Source: Alphaproteobacteria bacterium GWF2_58_20 (lineage in GTDB: Bacteria; Pseudomonadota; Alphaproteobacteria; UBA1247). From it: a stretch of 64,000 nucleotides of DNA. Below are positions 31,624 to 41,903 of this stretch, piece after piece; position 1 is the stretch's first letter, and every line of letters begins with the position of its first letter. The position numbers were made by a program, and so were the translations under genes. The notes beneath the pieces were generated by a model. That model searched no databases. It worked only from the letters and a program-made list of their open reading frames with translations, and had not been told where the DNA came from. Location: assembly GCA_001768735.1 (NCBI GenBank), contig MEMB01000007.1, forward strand, positions 23,612-87,611, written 5' to 3'.

Positions 31624-34110
31624 TCAGGTCTCATCCTTCTTTTCGCGGGCTTTTTTGGTTTTGTCGGCAGGCTCTTCGCGGCCGGAGAGTTCCGATGACA
31701 TCATGTCGGCCAGAGCCTGGAGTTGGGCCTCGATTTCCGGGGCAAGTCCGGCGTCTTCTGCCGGACGTGATGTGGACGGTTTTTCCGACGGTTCTGTTGT
31801 TTCCTGCGCGGCAAAAAAGTCTTCAGGTGCAGGGGTTTCTTCCGAAGGCGCGGGCTGTGCGTTTTCCTTTGGCGCAGGCGCGTCTCCGGTTTCCGTTTCG
31901 TCCTCTCCGGTTTCCTCGTCCGTATCCGCATCATCCATGGAGGCGCCCAGCAGTTCGGCCCAGTTCAGGGGACCGCCTTCCAAAACGGGTTTCGGTTCAT
32001 CCTTCATGGCCGCCCCCATGATGTCGGCCCAGCTCAGGCTGCCCGCCGGGGTTTCCGCGGCAAGGTTGGCGCTGGCTTCCGCCAGGGCGTCTTCAATCCC
32101 CGGCTTTTCGGTGCCGGCATGTTCTTCCGCCTTTTTGTGGATCATGTGGCTGACCGATGCCACCGAAAGGGCACCACATGTCAGGGCACCTTCTCCGGCC
32201 TTCTGTCCCGCCTGGAAGCCTGAAATCAGGGTTTCGATGATCTCGTTTTCCGGGGTTTCCGGGCCTGATGCCGCCACACTCCAGCGGGGGTTGTGCATGT
32301 TGCGGTCAAGCTGGTCAATGGTTGGCGAACTCGGCTGGACGCGGACATCATTGGGAGAAATGCGCAGGTAGTGCTGGACACGCAGGGCCTTCACCTTCTT
32401 GGGATCGGAATAGAAGATGTTGGCAGCCCATGAAGAGCCGTTGAACAGCAGGATGATCTCGCCCTGCTTGAGTTTTTTGAGGTCGCTGTAACCAAAGGCC
32501 GTGATGCTGCTGACCGAAGTGGCTTCATCCTTCAGGTTGTAACCGCCAAAGGTGCCATCGCTGAAGGCGTAACTCTTGGTTTCTGCGATCTTGATGTTGT
32601 TGACGGACTTTTCAAAAAATTCGCGGGTGGAGCGCGGATCCTCGATCTTGCCGAAAATCTTGAGGTTGCAGTTGGCGGCGATGGAATAGGCTTCTTCCTT
32701 GATGCGCTTTTCCATGGCGGCCATGTCCTGCGCGGCGAAAATGAGCGAGAAGCCAAGGCTTCGCGCCTGCGCCGCCATGACGCCCATGCCGGAGACGGTA
32801 TAGTAACCGACTTCGTCAAACACGGTCATGAACGGGGTGGAGGCGTTGGTGGGCTTGTTCTCGATGACCGATCCCCACTGGCCTTCCACCGAATTTCCGA
32901 GGGTGGATCCCATCATGCCCTTGAGCGAAGCGACAGCAATCTTGCCAAGGTTGGCGGCCTCGTCGCCCGATTTTTCCAGCGCCGGGATGAGGACGACCAG
33001 GAGGCGGCGGTTGAGCACCACGTCGGTCATGTCGATGTCGGCGAGCTGGATGTTGAAGATGTAGCCGTAGTCATCCGCCAGCGATCCCAGCGAGCGGGTG
33101 AACTGCATGGACAGGTAGCCATGCTGCTGGCTGGGCGTGGACATGTCCATCATGGGTTCGCCCGGGCCGGCCGGCTTCTGGTTGCCTTCGTCGTCATAGG
33201 CCTCGTCCACATAGCCCGGCAGGGTGTCGAGATAGCCGTGCAAGGCGCGGCGAAGGCGCTCCGGCAGTTCCTGATCACGCGAGAGCTTGATGATGGCAGG
33301 CAGGGACAGGTGGTCGCGCACCACGCCCACATCCAGCAAAACGCCCTGGTTGTCACGTTTCCAGGTGAGGGCGGGCATCATGGCGCCCATGAGGGCCACG
33401 GCGCGCTCTTTCCACATGGCGTTGTCGCCCTGCACTTCCGGCATCAGGCTGACCATCATGTTGGTGAGGTAGGAAGCGGAGCCCGAGGAAAACGGGTTCA
33501 TGGTGTTGGACATGGCCGGCATGTCGCTGTTCGCGGTCATGTAATTGAGGACCAGAAGGTCGTCGTCACGGCCAAAGCGGCGGGCCAGGGCGTAGAGGGA
33601 AGCCCACAGGTTGGTATCGGCCTTGCCGTCGATGTAGATGAATCCGCTGCCCCAGGTCATGGCGTTGGTGACAAGGGATTTGAGGCCTTCGGTTTTGCCG
33701 GCGCCAGTGGTGCCGAAGAAGAGGATGTGCGTGCGGGCATCGCTGTTGGAAACCCACATTTCCGTCTTGTCATCGCTTTCATTGCCGAGGAAGAGGATGC
33801 CATCAGGCTTCTTTTTGTCGGCGTTCTTGCGTTTCATGAAAGACGGCATCTTGAGGGGGATGCCGAATTTCTGTTTCATGATCCAGCGGAAATAGAGCAG
33901 GCCGATGAAAAACAGGACATCGGCGATGCGGGCCATAACATCAAGATCCTGCAGCAGGCTGGTGCCAAGGAGCAGGCCGCCGGTGGCGCCAAGGGCGACC
34001 GTGGCGTTCTGGGGCTGGGCGATGGACTGGAAGAATTTTGTTGTTGATGAACGGGTGTCGCGCATGAGCGCGTTGCCCTTGACATGATATTTCTTCTCAA
34101 CGCCTGGCAT
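31624..34110 (-). CDS. icmO: Type IVB secretion coupling ATPase IcmO/DotL
   Basis: N-terminal TMs; RTHILFFGTTGAGKTE (Walker A), YIDGKAD, SNTMNPF, QQHGYLSMQ, VFDEVGYY (Walker B), AQARSLGFSLIFAAQD; acidic tail. Confidence 0.85.
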   Translation of the reverse strand: MPGVEKKYHVKGNALMRDTRSSTTKFFQSIAQPQNATVALGATGGLLLGTSLLQDLDVMARIADVLFFIGLLYFRWIMKQKFGIPLKMPSFMKRKNADKKKPDGILFLGNESDDKTEMWVSNSDARTHILFFGTTGAGKTEGLKSLVTNAMTWGSGFIYIDGKADTNLWASLYALARRFGRDDDLLVLNYMTANSDMPAMSNTMNPFSSGSASYLTNMMVSLMPEVQGDNAMWKERAVALMGAMMPALTWKRDNQGVLLDVGVVRDHLSLPAIIKLSRDQELPERLRRALHGYLDTLPGYVDEAYDDEGNQKPAGPGEPMMDMSTPSQQHGYLSMQFTRSLGSLADDYGYIFNIQLADIDMTDVVLNRRLLVVLIPALEKSGDEAANLGKIAVASLKGMMGSTLGNSVEGQWGSVIENKPTNASTPFMTVFDEVGYYTVSGMGVMAAQARSLGFSLIFAAQDMAAMEKRIKEEAYSIAANCNLKIFGKIEDPRSTREFFEKSVNNIKIAETKSYAFSDGTFGGYNLKDEATSVSSITAFGYSDLKKLKQGEIILLFNGSSWAANIFYSDPKKVKALRVQHYLRISPNDVRVQPSSPTIDQLDRNMHNPRWSVAASGPETPENEIIETLISGFQAGQKAGEGALTCGALSVASVSHMIHKKAEEHAGTEKPGIEDALAEASANLAAETPAGSLSWADIMGAAMKDEPKPVLEGGPLNWAELLGASMDDADTDEETGEDETETGDAPAPKENAQPAPSEETPAPEDFFAAQETTEPSEKPSTSRPAEDAGLAPEIEAQLQALADMMSSELSGREEPADKTKKAREKKDET

Positions 34111-34112
34111 GG

Positions 34113-35246
34113 TCAAGCCCTCCCGGCTGCAGCCAGAGGCGGCAGTTTGATTTCAGGGTCTTTCATGTAGCCCTGCATGGCGATGATGGCCGCATCGAGT
34201 TTTGGATTTGGCAGGGGGCGGCCGGATTTCTGCTCCGCCATGAAGTGGGTGACGGAAGCGGCTGCTTCGGCATGGAAGGAATGGCGACCGAGGTTGTTGA
34301 GCGGATACCAGAGTGGACGGGCAACGGCCCGCAGCCAGAGGAACTGGGCAGGCGCGAGGACGCCGCCATTGGATCGGGCCCATTCCAGCACGGCCATCAT
34401 GGCTGTGGTGAGGTAAGCATGGGTGGCGGCAATCTTGAGGGCCTTGCCACCCACTTCCGGATCCTTGAGGATTTTGGTGATGCGGCGGCGCAGGTTGCCA
34501 GGAACGGAAAGTCCTTTTTCCGGCGACCAGCAGGCGGAGATTTCACCCAGCAGGTCATCACTTTCCTGACGTTTGCAAATGCCCTTGAGCGCGAATGCGG
34601 CCAGCAGGCACTGGGCATAAAGCGGCATGCGTTCCGGGCCGCGCCAGCGGGGGCCAATATCGCGCAGCATGGCCGTGCGCATGGCATCGGGATCAGGTGT
34701 GTTGCCCATCATGGGGATATGGTTGAAAACCAGCCATTCTTCCGGGGAAAGGGCTTCCGCGAAGGGGGGGAGGACATCCGGCACCGGGGAGCCTGGCGAA
34801 CGGGCGTTCTTGTCGCCGGGATTGAACTTGAGGATGGGGGTGATGATCGGGAAGGCATCGGCCTGCTGGGAAATGAAGCTTTCAATGCCATACTGGCGGC
34901 GCAGCAGGTTTCCGGGCGCGCGGAAGGTTGCCATGACAGCCATGCCGATCAGGGCGAGGCCGATGGGCCAGCGCAAGACATTGCCGACGATGAGCGAGGC
35001 TTGGCCCAAAATGGTGGTGGTGAGGGCGCGGGAGGGGATGGTGGACAAGGTATCGGCCATCTCGGCGTATTTTGGCGAGAAAAACCCCAGCATCGACAGC
35101 TCGCCGACCTTGAGCCAGCGCAGGGCATTGAGGATTTGTTCATGGCCAGTGAGCCAGATGGCCCATGAACCACCGACAATGACAATGAACAGGAGAACGA
35201 TGATCATGATGGTATCATCGCCTTTTTTGCCGGATGAGGGCGCCAC
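34113..35246 (-). CDS. icmP: IcmP/DotM family type IVB secretion protein
   Basis: Two TMs, ALSPEEW, H.Y..T....L..AR..GGVLAPAQFLWLR...RPLWYPLNNLGR....EAA...HF.AE; directly upstream of icmO. Confidence 0.82.
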   Translation of the reverse strand: MAPSSGKKGDDTIMIIVLLFIVIVGGSWAIWLTGHEQILNALRWLKVGELSMLGFFSPKYAEMADTLSTIPSRALTTTILGQASLIVGNVLRWPIGLALIGMAVMATFRAPGNLLRRQYGIESFISQQADAFPIITPILKFNPGDKNARSPGSPVPDVLPPFAEALSPEEWLVFNHIPMMGNTPDPDAMRTAMLRDIGPRWRGPERMPLYAQCLLAAFALKGICKRQESDDLLGEISACWSPEKGLSVPGNLRRRITKILKDPEVGGKALKIAATHAYLTTAMMAVLEWARSNGGVLAPAQFLWLRAVARPLWYPLNNLGRHSFHAEAAASVTHFMAEQKSGRPLPNPKLDAAIIAMQGYMKDPEIKLPPLAAAGRA

Positions 35247-35413
35247 CGCTTCAATCTCCGTATAAATTAATCCAGTGTTTCATTCTCATAAACGATTTTG
35301 GGTCTGGATGGCAATGATTTTTGCATGTTGGCCGCGGCTTTTCCTGCCGGCGGTTTCCCTGCCGGACAAAAGAGGCTTGCCTGACGGCTTTTTTCGGGGT
35401 ATTGCAGGCGTGT

Positions 35414-35489
<76 letters not shown>

Positions 35490-35579
35490 TTTTTTGCGCA
35501 TTTGTTGCCATTTGGGAAAAATCCATATAGAATGTAATCTGTCATACCGGGGCCTACCTTTCAGGGAGTTTTTTTGCGC

Positions 35580-37271
35580 ATGTCCGTTTTTGTTTGCCGC
35601 CGTAGCGGGGGAGTTTTCTGGGGTGTGCTGTTTTTGTCATGCCTTGCCATTCTTTCCTTGTCCGGATGCTCCGGGGTTCATGATCCTGAACTTGGCCTGA
35701 ACCGGGACGCCTATCGCAACATGACCGATCCTGTGCCGGATGCGTTCAAGACATCCCGCAAGGAAGCGCCTCCCATTCCGGATTTGTCCCCAACGATTGC
35801 CCGCCCGGCGATGCCGTTGCTGACGCCAAACCGCACGGTCAGCCTTTCCGTGACAAGCGCATTGTCCCTCAAGGATGTCATGTTTGAGCTTGCCCGCCAG
35901 GCGGAAGTGGATATTGAAATTGACCCGCGGATTGCCGGGGGGGTGGATTTTTCCGCCCACAACCGGCCTTTCCTGGATGTGATTGATCGCCTGTGTGACC
36001 TTGCCGGCCTGCGTTTCCGTATCCGCAACAATGTGGTCCGGGTGGAAATTGACGATCCCTATGTTTTCAATTATGAAGTTCCTTACCTGTCCATCATCCG
36101 CCAGACCCGCAGCAATATTGGTGTTTCCACGGATGTTGTGACGCCTGGCAGCAGCGCGGGGAGCGGGGATACCCGTTCAACGGCAAGCATCAGCGGAGAA
36201 TCGGATTCCAATTTCTTTGGGGAACTGGAAACCGGTCTCAAGGCCCTTCTGGCCAACACCACTCCGGCCGGCCTTTCTGCAACGCGTCCGGCAGACCAGC
36301 CAGCGGTTGTCCTGCACAAGCAGACAGGTATCATTTCGGTTTTCGGAACCCTCAAACAGCATCAGGCCGTGGCGGAATATCTCAAGCCACTGGTGGAAGC
36401 CTCCATGGCGCAGGTGCAGATTGATGCCCGGATCATCGAGGTCAATCTGGATGACCGTTACAAGAGCGGTGTTGACTGGACTTTTGTCATGCAGCAGGGG
36501 ACCATTTATACGCTGGGGTCAACCCTGACCAACTTCAATGACCCGAGTCCGCTCAACAACACATTTCAGGCGACGATTGACGGTTCGGATGTGGATCTGC
36601 TGGTCAACCTGATCCAGAAGTTTGGCACCACGCGCACCCTGTCCAGTCCGCGCGCCACGGTTCTCAACAACCAGTCCGCCATTCTCAAGGTTGCCCGGAA
36701 TTATGTGTATTTTGATGTGCAGGTGGATCGTGAAACCACGACGGATACCACGACCAGCAACAACCTGCCCCTGCTGACCGTCAGCAGTGACATCCGCACC
36801 ATTCCAATTGGTCTTGTCATGGCGGTCCAGCCTTCGGTGGATATGCGCACCAATGAAATTGTCCTCACGGTGCGTCCCACGGTGACAGAACTGGATTCAA
36901 CCGTCTCGGATCCGGCCGTGCAGTATATCAACAGCACGCTTGATCCCAATGCGGTGCGTGTGGAATCCCAGATCCCGGTCGTGCGCGTGCGGGAAATTGA
37001 CAGTGTGCTGCGCCTCCAGTCCGGAGAGGTTGCCGTTCTGGGCGGCCTGATGCAGGACAAGAGTGTCCTGGATGACGAGGGGCTGCCCGGTCTGGGAGAA
37101 ACCCCGGTTCTGGGCGATCTGGTCACCAAGCGTGAAAAGCTGCGGGATACCACGGAAATGGTGGTGTTGCTCAGGGCCCAGGTCCTGAAGAACGCATCTT
37201 CTGGAGTGACCGATGCCGACCGCCACCTTTACAAGACATTTGTCCGCGATCCGCGTCCGTTCAACTTTTAA
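35580..37271 (+). CDS. Lipoprotein secretin of a type IV pilus (MshL/PilQ-like)
   Basis: Lipobox LSGC; QVQIDARIIEV, TLSSPRATVLNNQSA, REIDSVLRLQSGEVAVLGGLMQD, TEMVVLL. Confidence 0.9.
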   Translation: MSVFVCRRSGGVFWGVLFLSCLAILSLSGCSGVHDPELGLNRDAYRNMTDPVPDAFKTSRKEAPPIPDLSPTIARPAMPLLTPNRTVSLSVTSALSLKDVMFELARQAEVDIEIDPRIAGGVDFSAHNRPFLDVIDRLCDLAGLRFRIRNNVVRVEIDDPYVFNYEVPYLSIIRQTRSNIGVSTDVVTPGSSAGSGDTRSTASISGESDSNFFGELETGLKALLANTTPAGLSATRPADQPAVVLHKQTGIISVFGTLKQHQAVAEYLKPLVEASMAQVQIDARIIEVNLDDRYKSGVDWTFVMQQGTIYTLGSTLTNFNDPSPLNNTFQATIDGSDVDLLVNLIQKFGTTRTLSSPRATVLNNQSAILKVARNYVYFDVQVDRETTTDTTTSNNLPLLTVSSDIRTIPIGLVMAVQPSVDMRTNEIVLTVRPTVTELDSTVSDPAVQYINSTLDPNAVRVESQIPVVRVREIDSVLRLQSGEVAVLGGLMQDKSVLDDEGLPGLGETPVLGDLVTKREKLRDTTEMVVLLRAQVLKNASSGVTDADRHLYKTFVRDPRPFNF

Positions 37272-37286
37272 AGAGAAGGGGCGGAG

Positions 37287-38051
37287 ATGCTGCCGACACT
37301 GCGCTATCTCTTCCTGACGGCACGTCGTGACCGGTTGTTTCTGGCCATGATGGCGGCTTTTGGCCTTGTTGCCCTGCTGGGGAGCTTTATTGGCGACCAG
37401 TCCGTGATTGAGGGGCGGGAAGCGACAGCGGCGTTTGTCGCATTTTCCGGGCGCATGGTGCTGGTTTTCGGCATGGTGCTTTTTGTGGCAACCCATATTC
37501 GTCGCGCCTTTGAAAGCCGCGAAATCCTCATGATCCTGTCCCGGCCGGTGTCCCGCCATGGGTTTGTGCTGTCCTGCTGGGCAAGCTTTTCCATCATTGC
37601 CATCCTCCTCCTGGCTGTCTTTGGGGGGCTTCTTTATGTTGTTGCCCATCCGCCAGCGATGGGGCTTGTGTTGTTCATGGCCGGAATGCTGCTGGAAACC
37701 ACCCTGATGATCGGTGTGGCCCTGTTTTTCTCCCTGGGCATGGAAAGCGTGGTTGGGGTTGTGTTCTCCAGCTTTGGTTTTTATATGCTGGCCCGCATGA
37801 TGGGGGTTCTGGTTGCCATCGCCAATTCCGAATTCCGTGGGGTTGAATTGCCCATGGCGCTGGCGCTGGACCAGGTTGCCAACCTGATGTCCTTCATTTT
37901 TCCAAGGCTGGACCAGTTTGGCCAGTCGTCATGGCTGGTGTATGGCCGTGGACTTGACCTGTCTCTTGCGGGCATGGCCCTGCAGGTTGGGCTTTATACT
38001 GCCCTGGTGCTTGCTGCCGCGATTTTTGATTTCCGGCGCAAGCGGTTTTGA
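37287..38051 (+). CDS. ABC-2 type permease (PilI-like), pilus-associated
   Basis: Six TMs, ESREILMILSRPVSR, terminal AIFDFRRKRF. Confidence 0.75.
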   Translation: MLPTLRYLFLTARRDRLFLAMMAAFGLVALLGSFIGDQSVIEGREATAAFVAFSGRMVLVFGMVLFVATHIRRAFESREILMILSRPVSRHGFVLSCWASFSIIAILLLAVFGGLLYVVAHPPAMGLVLFMAGMLLETTLMIGVALFFSLGMESVVGVVFSSFGFYMLARMMGVLVAIANSEFRGVELPMALALDQVANLMSFIFPRLDQFGQSSWLVYGRGLDLSLAGMALQVGLYTALVLAAAIFDFRRKRF

Positions 38052-38746
38052 TGGTTTTTCGCATGCGGTCATCGGGGAATGTTGTGTTGGGCTTCCTGCT
38101 GGTGGCCCTGACTGTGGCGCAAGGGGGGCTTGGATACCTGCTGCGCAAGGTTCCGCCCCATTACCACACGTTGTCTGCGCCTCCGGGGCATCAGGCCTTC
38201 GTGGCGCAAACCCTTGGAGATCCACAGTTCGGTTTTCGCATGGCCGGCTTGCGCCTTCAGCATGAGGGAAACCTGGATGGACGGATTTTGCCGTACAAGT
38301 CCATGGACTACAAGAGACTGGCGGACTGGTTTTCCTTGCTGGACAGGATGGATGCCACTTCCAGCGTGACGCCAACCATGGCGGCGTTCCTGTTTGTTTC
38401 ATCACAAACTCCGGAAGACACCCGTTACCTTGTGGATTACCTTGAACGGCATGCCATGCGCGATCCCCAGCACAAATGGCGCTGGCTGGCCCAGGCTGTG
38501 CATATTGCCTGGTATCGTCTTGGGGATCGGGACCGTTCCCTTGGCCTGGCGAAGGAACTGGCCGATCTTCCAGTGTCCGACCTGCCTTACTGGGCGCGCC
38601 AGATGCAGGTGTTTATCCTGATGGATTTGGGGGAAAAGCCGTCCGCGCGGGCCATTCTGGAAAAAATTGCCGAAACAGACCATAACCTGCCGGAAAATGA
38701 ACGGTTGTGGATGCAGCGGTTCATCCAGCGCCATCTTTCAGATTGA
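38051..38746 (+). CDS. Hypothetical membrane-anchored helical protein, pilus/ABC-associated
   Basis: TGATG coupling to the permease; N-terminal TM; helical repeat-like body. Confidence 0.6.
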   Translation: MVFRMRSSGNVVLGFLLVALTVAQGGLGYLLRKVPPHYHTLSAPPGHQAFVAQTLGDPQFGFRMAGLRLQHEGNLDGRILPYKSMDYKRLADWFSLLDRMDATSSVTPTMAAFLFVSSQTPEDTRYLVDYLERHAMRDPQHKWRWLAQAVHIAWYRLGDRDRSLGLAKELADLPVSDLPYWARQMQVFILMDLGEKPSARAILEKIAETDHNLPENERLWMQRFIQRHLSD

Positions 38747-38750
38747 GGGA

Positions 38751-39854
38751 ATGATGGAAGGGCTGCTCAATCTTGCAAACGGCCTTCAGGTCGCCGGACT
38801 TCTGGAAGGGTTGGTCCTGCTGGCTTTTATCCTGCGGCGCATTTGTGACCGGCGTCTCCTGGTTTTCCCTGTGGCGTATGTTGTTGCGGTTTCGGCGGGG
38901 TTCCTCATGCCGCTGTCGCAGCGTATCGACATGCAGGTGCCGGAAGCCGTCCTGATTGTCCTGAATGCCACCCTGTCGGGGTTCGGGTACCTTTTCATTC
39001 TCCAGCTTCTGGATGGACAGCCGCCGCGTCGCCTGCACCTGCTCGTGCTGATTCCGGCCTTGCTGGTTGTTCCTGGGGCGCTGGTAACTGCGGCCTCAAA
39101 GGGGCAGATGATGTGCTGGGGCGATGTCTGCATCATCCCGGCCGATTTTCTTCGGGTTTATGATGTCCTTGCAGGGGGGATGCTGCTTTTGGCCCTGCTG
39201 CTGGTTGCCGGGCGTCGTCTGGAAGCGCTGGTGGGGCGTCCCATGGGGCGTGAAAAACAGGCCTTGGTTTTGGCCATTGCCATGATGCAGGCCGCCCTGC
39301 TGGGGTTGGGGCTCGTTTTCCTTTCCGGCAGGATCGACCGGGCTGAAGCCGAAGTGGTGGATGCCATCTTGCGCCTGACCTTCCTTTATCTTCTGGCGTC
39401 TTCGGTGTTTCGCGTGTTCCAGTCGGCGTTTGACTTGCCGGAGCTTTCGGGGAACGAAAACCAGGAACATGCGCCGGGCCTGTCGGATGAGGATCTCAAG
39501 GTCATGGATGCCATCAGGGCGCTGATGACCATGGACAAGCTTTATCAGGAACAGGGGTTCAGCCGTGCGGACCTTGCCCGTGAACTCGCCCTTCCCGAAT
39601 ACCAGGTGAGCCGGATCATCAATGCCGGATTTGGGCAGACTTTTTCCGAAATGGTAAACGGGTATCGCCTGGACGAAGCGCGCCAGCTCCTGAAGGAAAC
39701 GGAGCAGCCTGTTGGCAGCATCGCTTTTGATGTCGGGTTTAATAGTCTGGCCTCCTTTAACCGGGTTTTCAAGGTGGGCACAGGCCAAAGCCCCACAGCC
39801 TTCCGGCAGGGCATCAAAATGGAATCGAAAATGGAGACCCCGGGTAAGTCTTGA
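38751..39854 (+). CDS. Membrane-bound AraC family regulator (multi-TM sensor + HTH)
   Basis: About 7 TMs, then KLYQEQGFSRADLA...SRIINAGFGQTF...SIAFDVGFNSLASFNRVFK..TGQSPTAFR. Confidence 0.88.
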   Translation: MMEGLLNLANGLQVAGLLEGLVLLAFILRRICDRRLLVFPVAYVVAVSAGFLMPLSQRIDMQVPEAVLIVLNATLSGFGYLFILQLLDGQPPRRLHLLVLIPALLVVPGALVTAASKGQMMCWGDVCIIPADFLRVYDVLAGGMLLLALLLVAGRRLEALVGRPMGREKQALVLAIAMMQAALLGLGLVFLSGRIDRAEAEVVDAILRLTFLYLLASSVFRVFQSAFDLPELSGNENQEHAPGLSDEDLKVMDAIRALMTMDKLYQEQGFSRADLARELALPEYQVSRIINAGFGQTFSEMVNGYRLDEARQLLKETEQPVGSIAFDVGFNSLASFNRVFKVGTGQSPTAFRQGIKMESKMETPGKS

Positions 39855-39966
39855 AAAGCGTTGGTTGCAAGAGATTTTGGGATATCCTCAGGCCGTGGTT
39901 TTCCGGTAGCCTTGCGGGTATGGCGAGGGGTGTCGCGGGAAAGAGCGCAGGGAAGGGAAGAAGGAC

Positions 39967-40755
39967 ATGAATCCGTTGAATTTGGCTTGGGGCGCGGCCT
40001 TTGCCCTTTTAGGTATGGTTTTTGGGAGTTTTTCCAGCCTTCTGTCCTATCGTCTTCCGCGCGATCTGCCGGTGGGCATGACCCGCTCGGCCTGTCCCTC
40101 CTGTCATCATGTCCTTGCCGCCCGCGATCTTGTCCCTTTGCTGGGATATGTTTTCCAGCATGGGCATTGCCGCTGGTGCCAGAAGGCGATTTCGCGCCGC
40201 TATCCCCTGATGGAACTGACCTGTGCGCTTCTTTTTGTCGTGGCATTCATGGCGTTCGGGGCGTCCTTGTCCGGGGTGCTTTTTGCGGGGCTGTCTTTTG
40301 CCCTTCTGGTGGTTGTGGTCAGTGACCTTGAAACCTATATCATTCCGGATACCATGGTGATTCTGGTTGGTGTGCTGGGGATCCTGTGGCGCTGGAAAGT
40401 TGTTCCAGGCTTTGGGGATGCGTTTCTCGGGGCTTTGTTGGGGGGAGGGTTGACCCTTGGGTTGCGTGCCTTGTTCCTGCTGCTGCGCCGCAAGCAGGGG
40501 TTGGGGCTCGGAGATGTGAAATTTATTGCGGTAGCCGGGATCTGGCTGGGATTTGAAGCCCTTCCATGGCTTCTGGTTCTGGGCGGGAGTTTCGGCGTGG
40601 TGTTTGGCATGGCATGGCAGGCGCGCAACAGGCTGTGCAGAAAGAAGCGGACATCCCGTCGCAAGCTGCCATCTTATTTCCCGTTTGGCCCCGCCCTTGC
40701 TTTTGCGCTTTATCTTCTGGTCCTGATCCAGCAACGCGGTTATCCATGGTTTTGA
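39967..40755 (+). CDS. pilD: Prepilin peptidase / N-methyltransferase (A24)
   Basis: GSF...YRLPR, RSACPSC, CRWC, RYPLME, SDLETYIIPD, GLGDVKF, PFGPAL. Confidence 0.93.
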   Translation: MNPLNLAWGAAFALLGMVFGSFSSLLSYRLPRDLPVGMTRSACPSCHHVLAARDLVPLLGYVFQHGHCRWCQKAISRRYPLMELTCALLFVVAFMAFGASLSGVLFAGLSFALLVVVVSDLETYIIPDTMVILVGVLGILWRWKVVPGFGDAFLGALLGGGLTLGLRALFLLLRRKQGLGLGDVKFIAVAGIWLGFEALPWLLVLGGSFGVVFGMAWQARNRLCRKKRTSRRKLPSYFPFGPALAFALYLLVLIQQRGYPWF

Positions 40756-40988
40756 AATCCTTTTTCCACACCGTGTGGCAAGGTTTTTTTTGAGGGAACT
40801 TTCCAAGGGAAACCGGTGCAGCCTGCATTCCTCATCTTGTAAAATGACGGATTTGGCACGCATTTTCCCAAGACAGCCCCGTTTTTTTGCGATATGATGC
40901 GGCCAGATTAGGTTTTGTGCGCAAGCGTGCGCATGGCGTTTGTGGGTATGCGGGGCCTTTCTCCGCAGAACATTTTGAGGAGAGTAAC

Positions 40989-41699
40989 ATGACGACAAAT
41001 GGCAAGCAGACACAGGCTGGTTTCAGTCTTGTCGAACTGGCAATCGTGCTGATCATCATCGGTCTGATTGTTGGTGGCGTTCTGAAGGGGCAGGACCTTG
41101 TGGAAAGCGCCCGCGTGAATTCCATCCAGACACAGCTGAACGAAGTTCGTGTCGCATCTTCGACCTTCCTGAACAAGTATGATGATCTGCCGGGCGACAT
41201 CAGCGCTGCGGATGCGGTGCTTGTGCAGGCGGGCCTCAGCAGCACGGGTGACGGCAATGGCCGCGTTGGTGGCACGGGCGTCAATCGTCTTGGCTCCACG
41301 GCAACGGAACCCACCTGGTTCTGGCAGCATCTGCGCGCCGCCGGTCTTCTTGGCGGCATTGCCACGGAATCTACGGGCGTTCTTCCGGCGTCTTCCGGCT
41401 TGCAGAGCCGCGTGGGTGGTCTTTACACCATCAATTATGAAACCATCAATGGAATCAGCAGCCACTGGATCCGTCTTGGAACCACAACGGGTGCGGCGCC
41501 GACCGACAACAATGTTGCGGTTCTCTCGCCCAACCAGCTGCGCAGCGTCGACACCAAGGGTGATGATGGCCTGCCGAACACCGGCAAGGTGGGTGGCGCA
41601 GGTTCAGGTACCGCTTGCGCGACAGGCGTGACCTCCACCAGCACCTACCAGACCACCAATCCGGATACGGTTGCCTGCTGGGGTCACTTCCAGCTCTAA
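40989..41699 (+). CDS. Type IV pilin, probable major subunit
   Basis: GAGGAG RBS; class III signal AG|FSLVELAIVLIIIGLIVGGVL; C-terminal Cys pair; own upstream intergenic region and terminator. Confidence 0.9.
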   Translation: MTTNGKQTQAGFSLVELAIVLIIIGLIVGGVLKGQDLVESARVNSIQTQLNEVRVASSTFLNKYDDLPGDISAADAVLVQAGLSSTGDGNGRVGGTGVNRLGSTATEPTWFWQHLRAAGLLGGIATESTGVLPASSGLQSRVGGLYTINYETINGISSHWIRLGTTTGAAPTDNNVAVLSPNQLRSVDTKGDDGLPNTGKVGGAGSGTACATGVTSTSTYQTTNPDTVACWGHFQL

Positions 41700-41729
41700 T
41701 CGTTCTGTTTCCTGAACAACAGGAATGGG

Positions 41730-41757
41730 AAAGGGCCCTGCAAATGCAGGGCCCTTT
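41730..41757 (+). terminator. Rho-independent terminator after the pilin gene
   Basis: AAAGGGCCCTGCA-AA-TGCAGGGCCCTTT followed by a T-rich tract. Confidence 0.85.
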
Positions 41758-41903
41758 CTTGTTTTTTTCGGGAATCCTTGCAAGGATAAGGAATCTTCCT
41801 GCCGGATGTTTTGGGTTCCCCCTTTTCAAGGGCAGACATTCAGGGTAGAGTAAAAATGTGATATTGTGCGAAACTTGTGAATGGTTTGTAATGGGGGGAT
41901 GAC

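Noticed and set aside
40854..40868. Sigma-54 promoter for the pilin gene (TGGCACGCATTTTCC)
   Set aside because: The -24 element is good, but the -12 element reads TTCC instead of TTGC, so it is not supported well enough.
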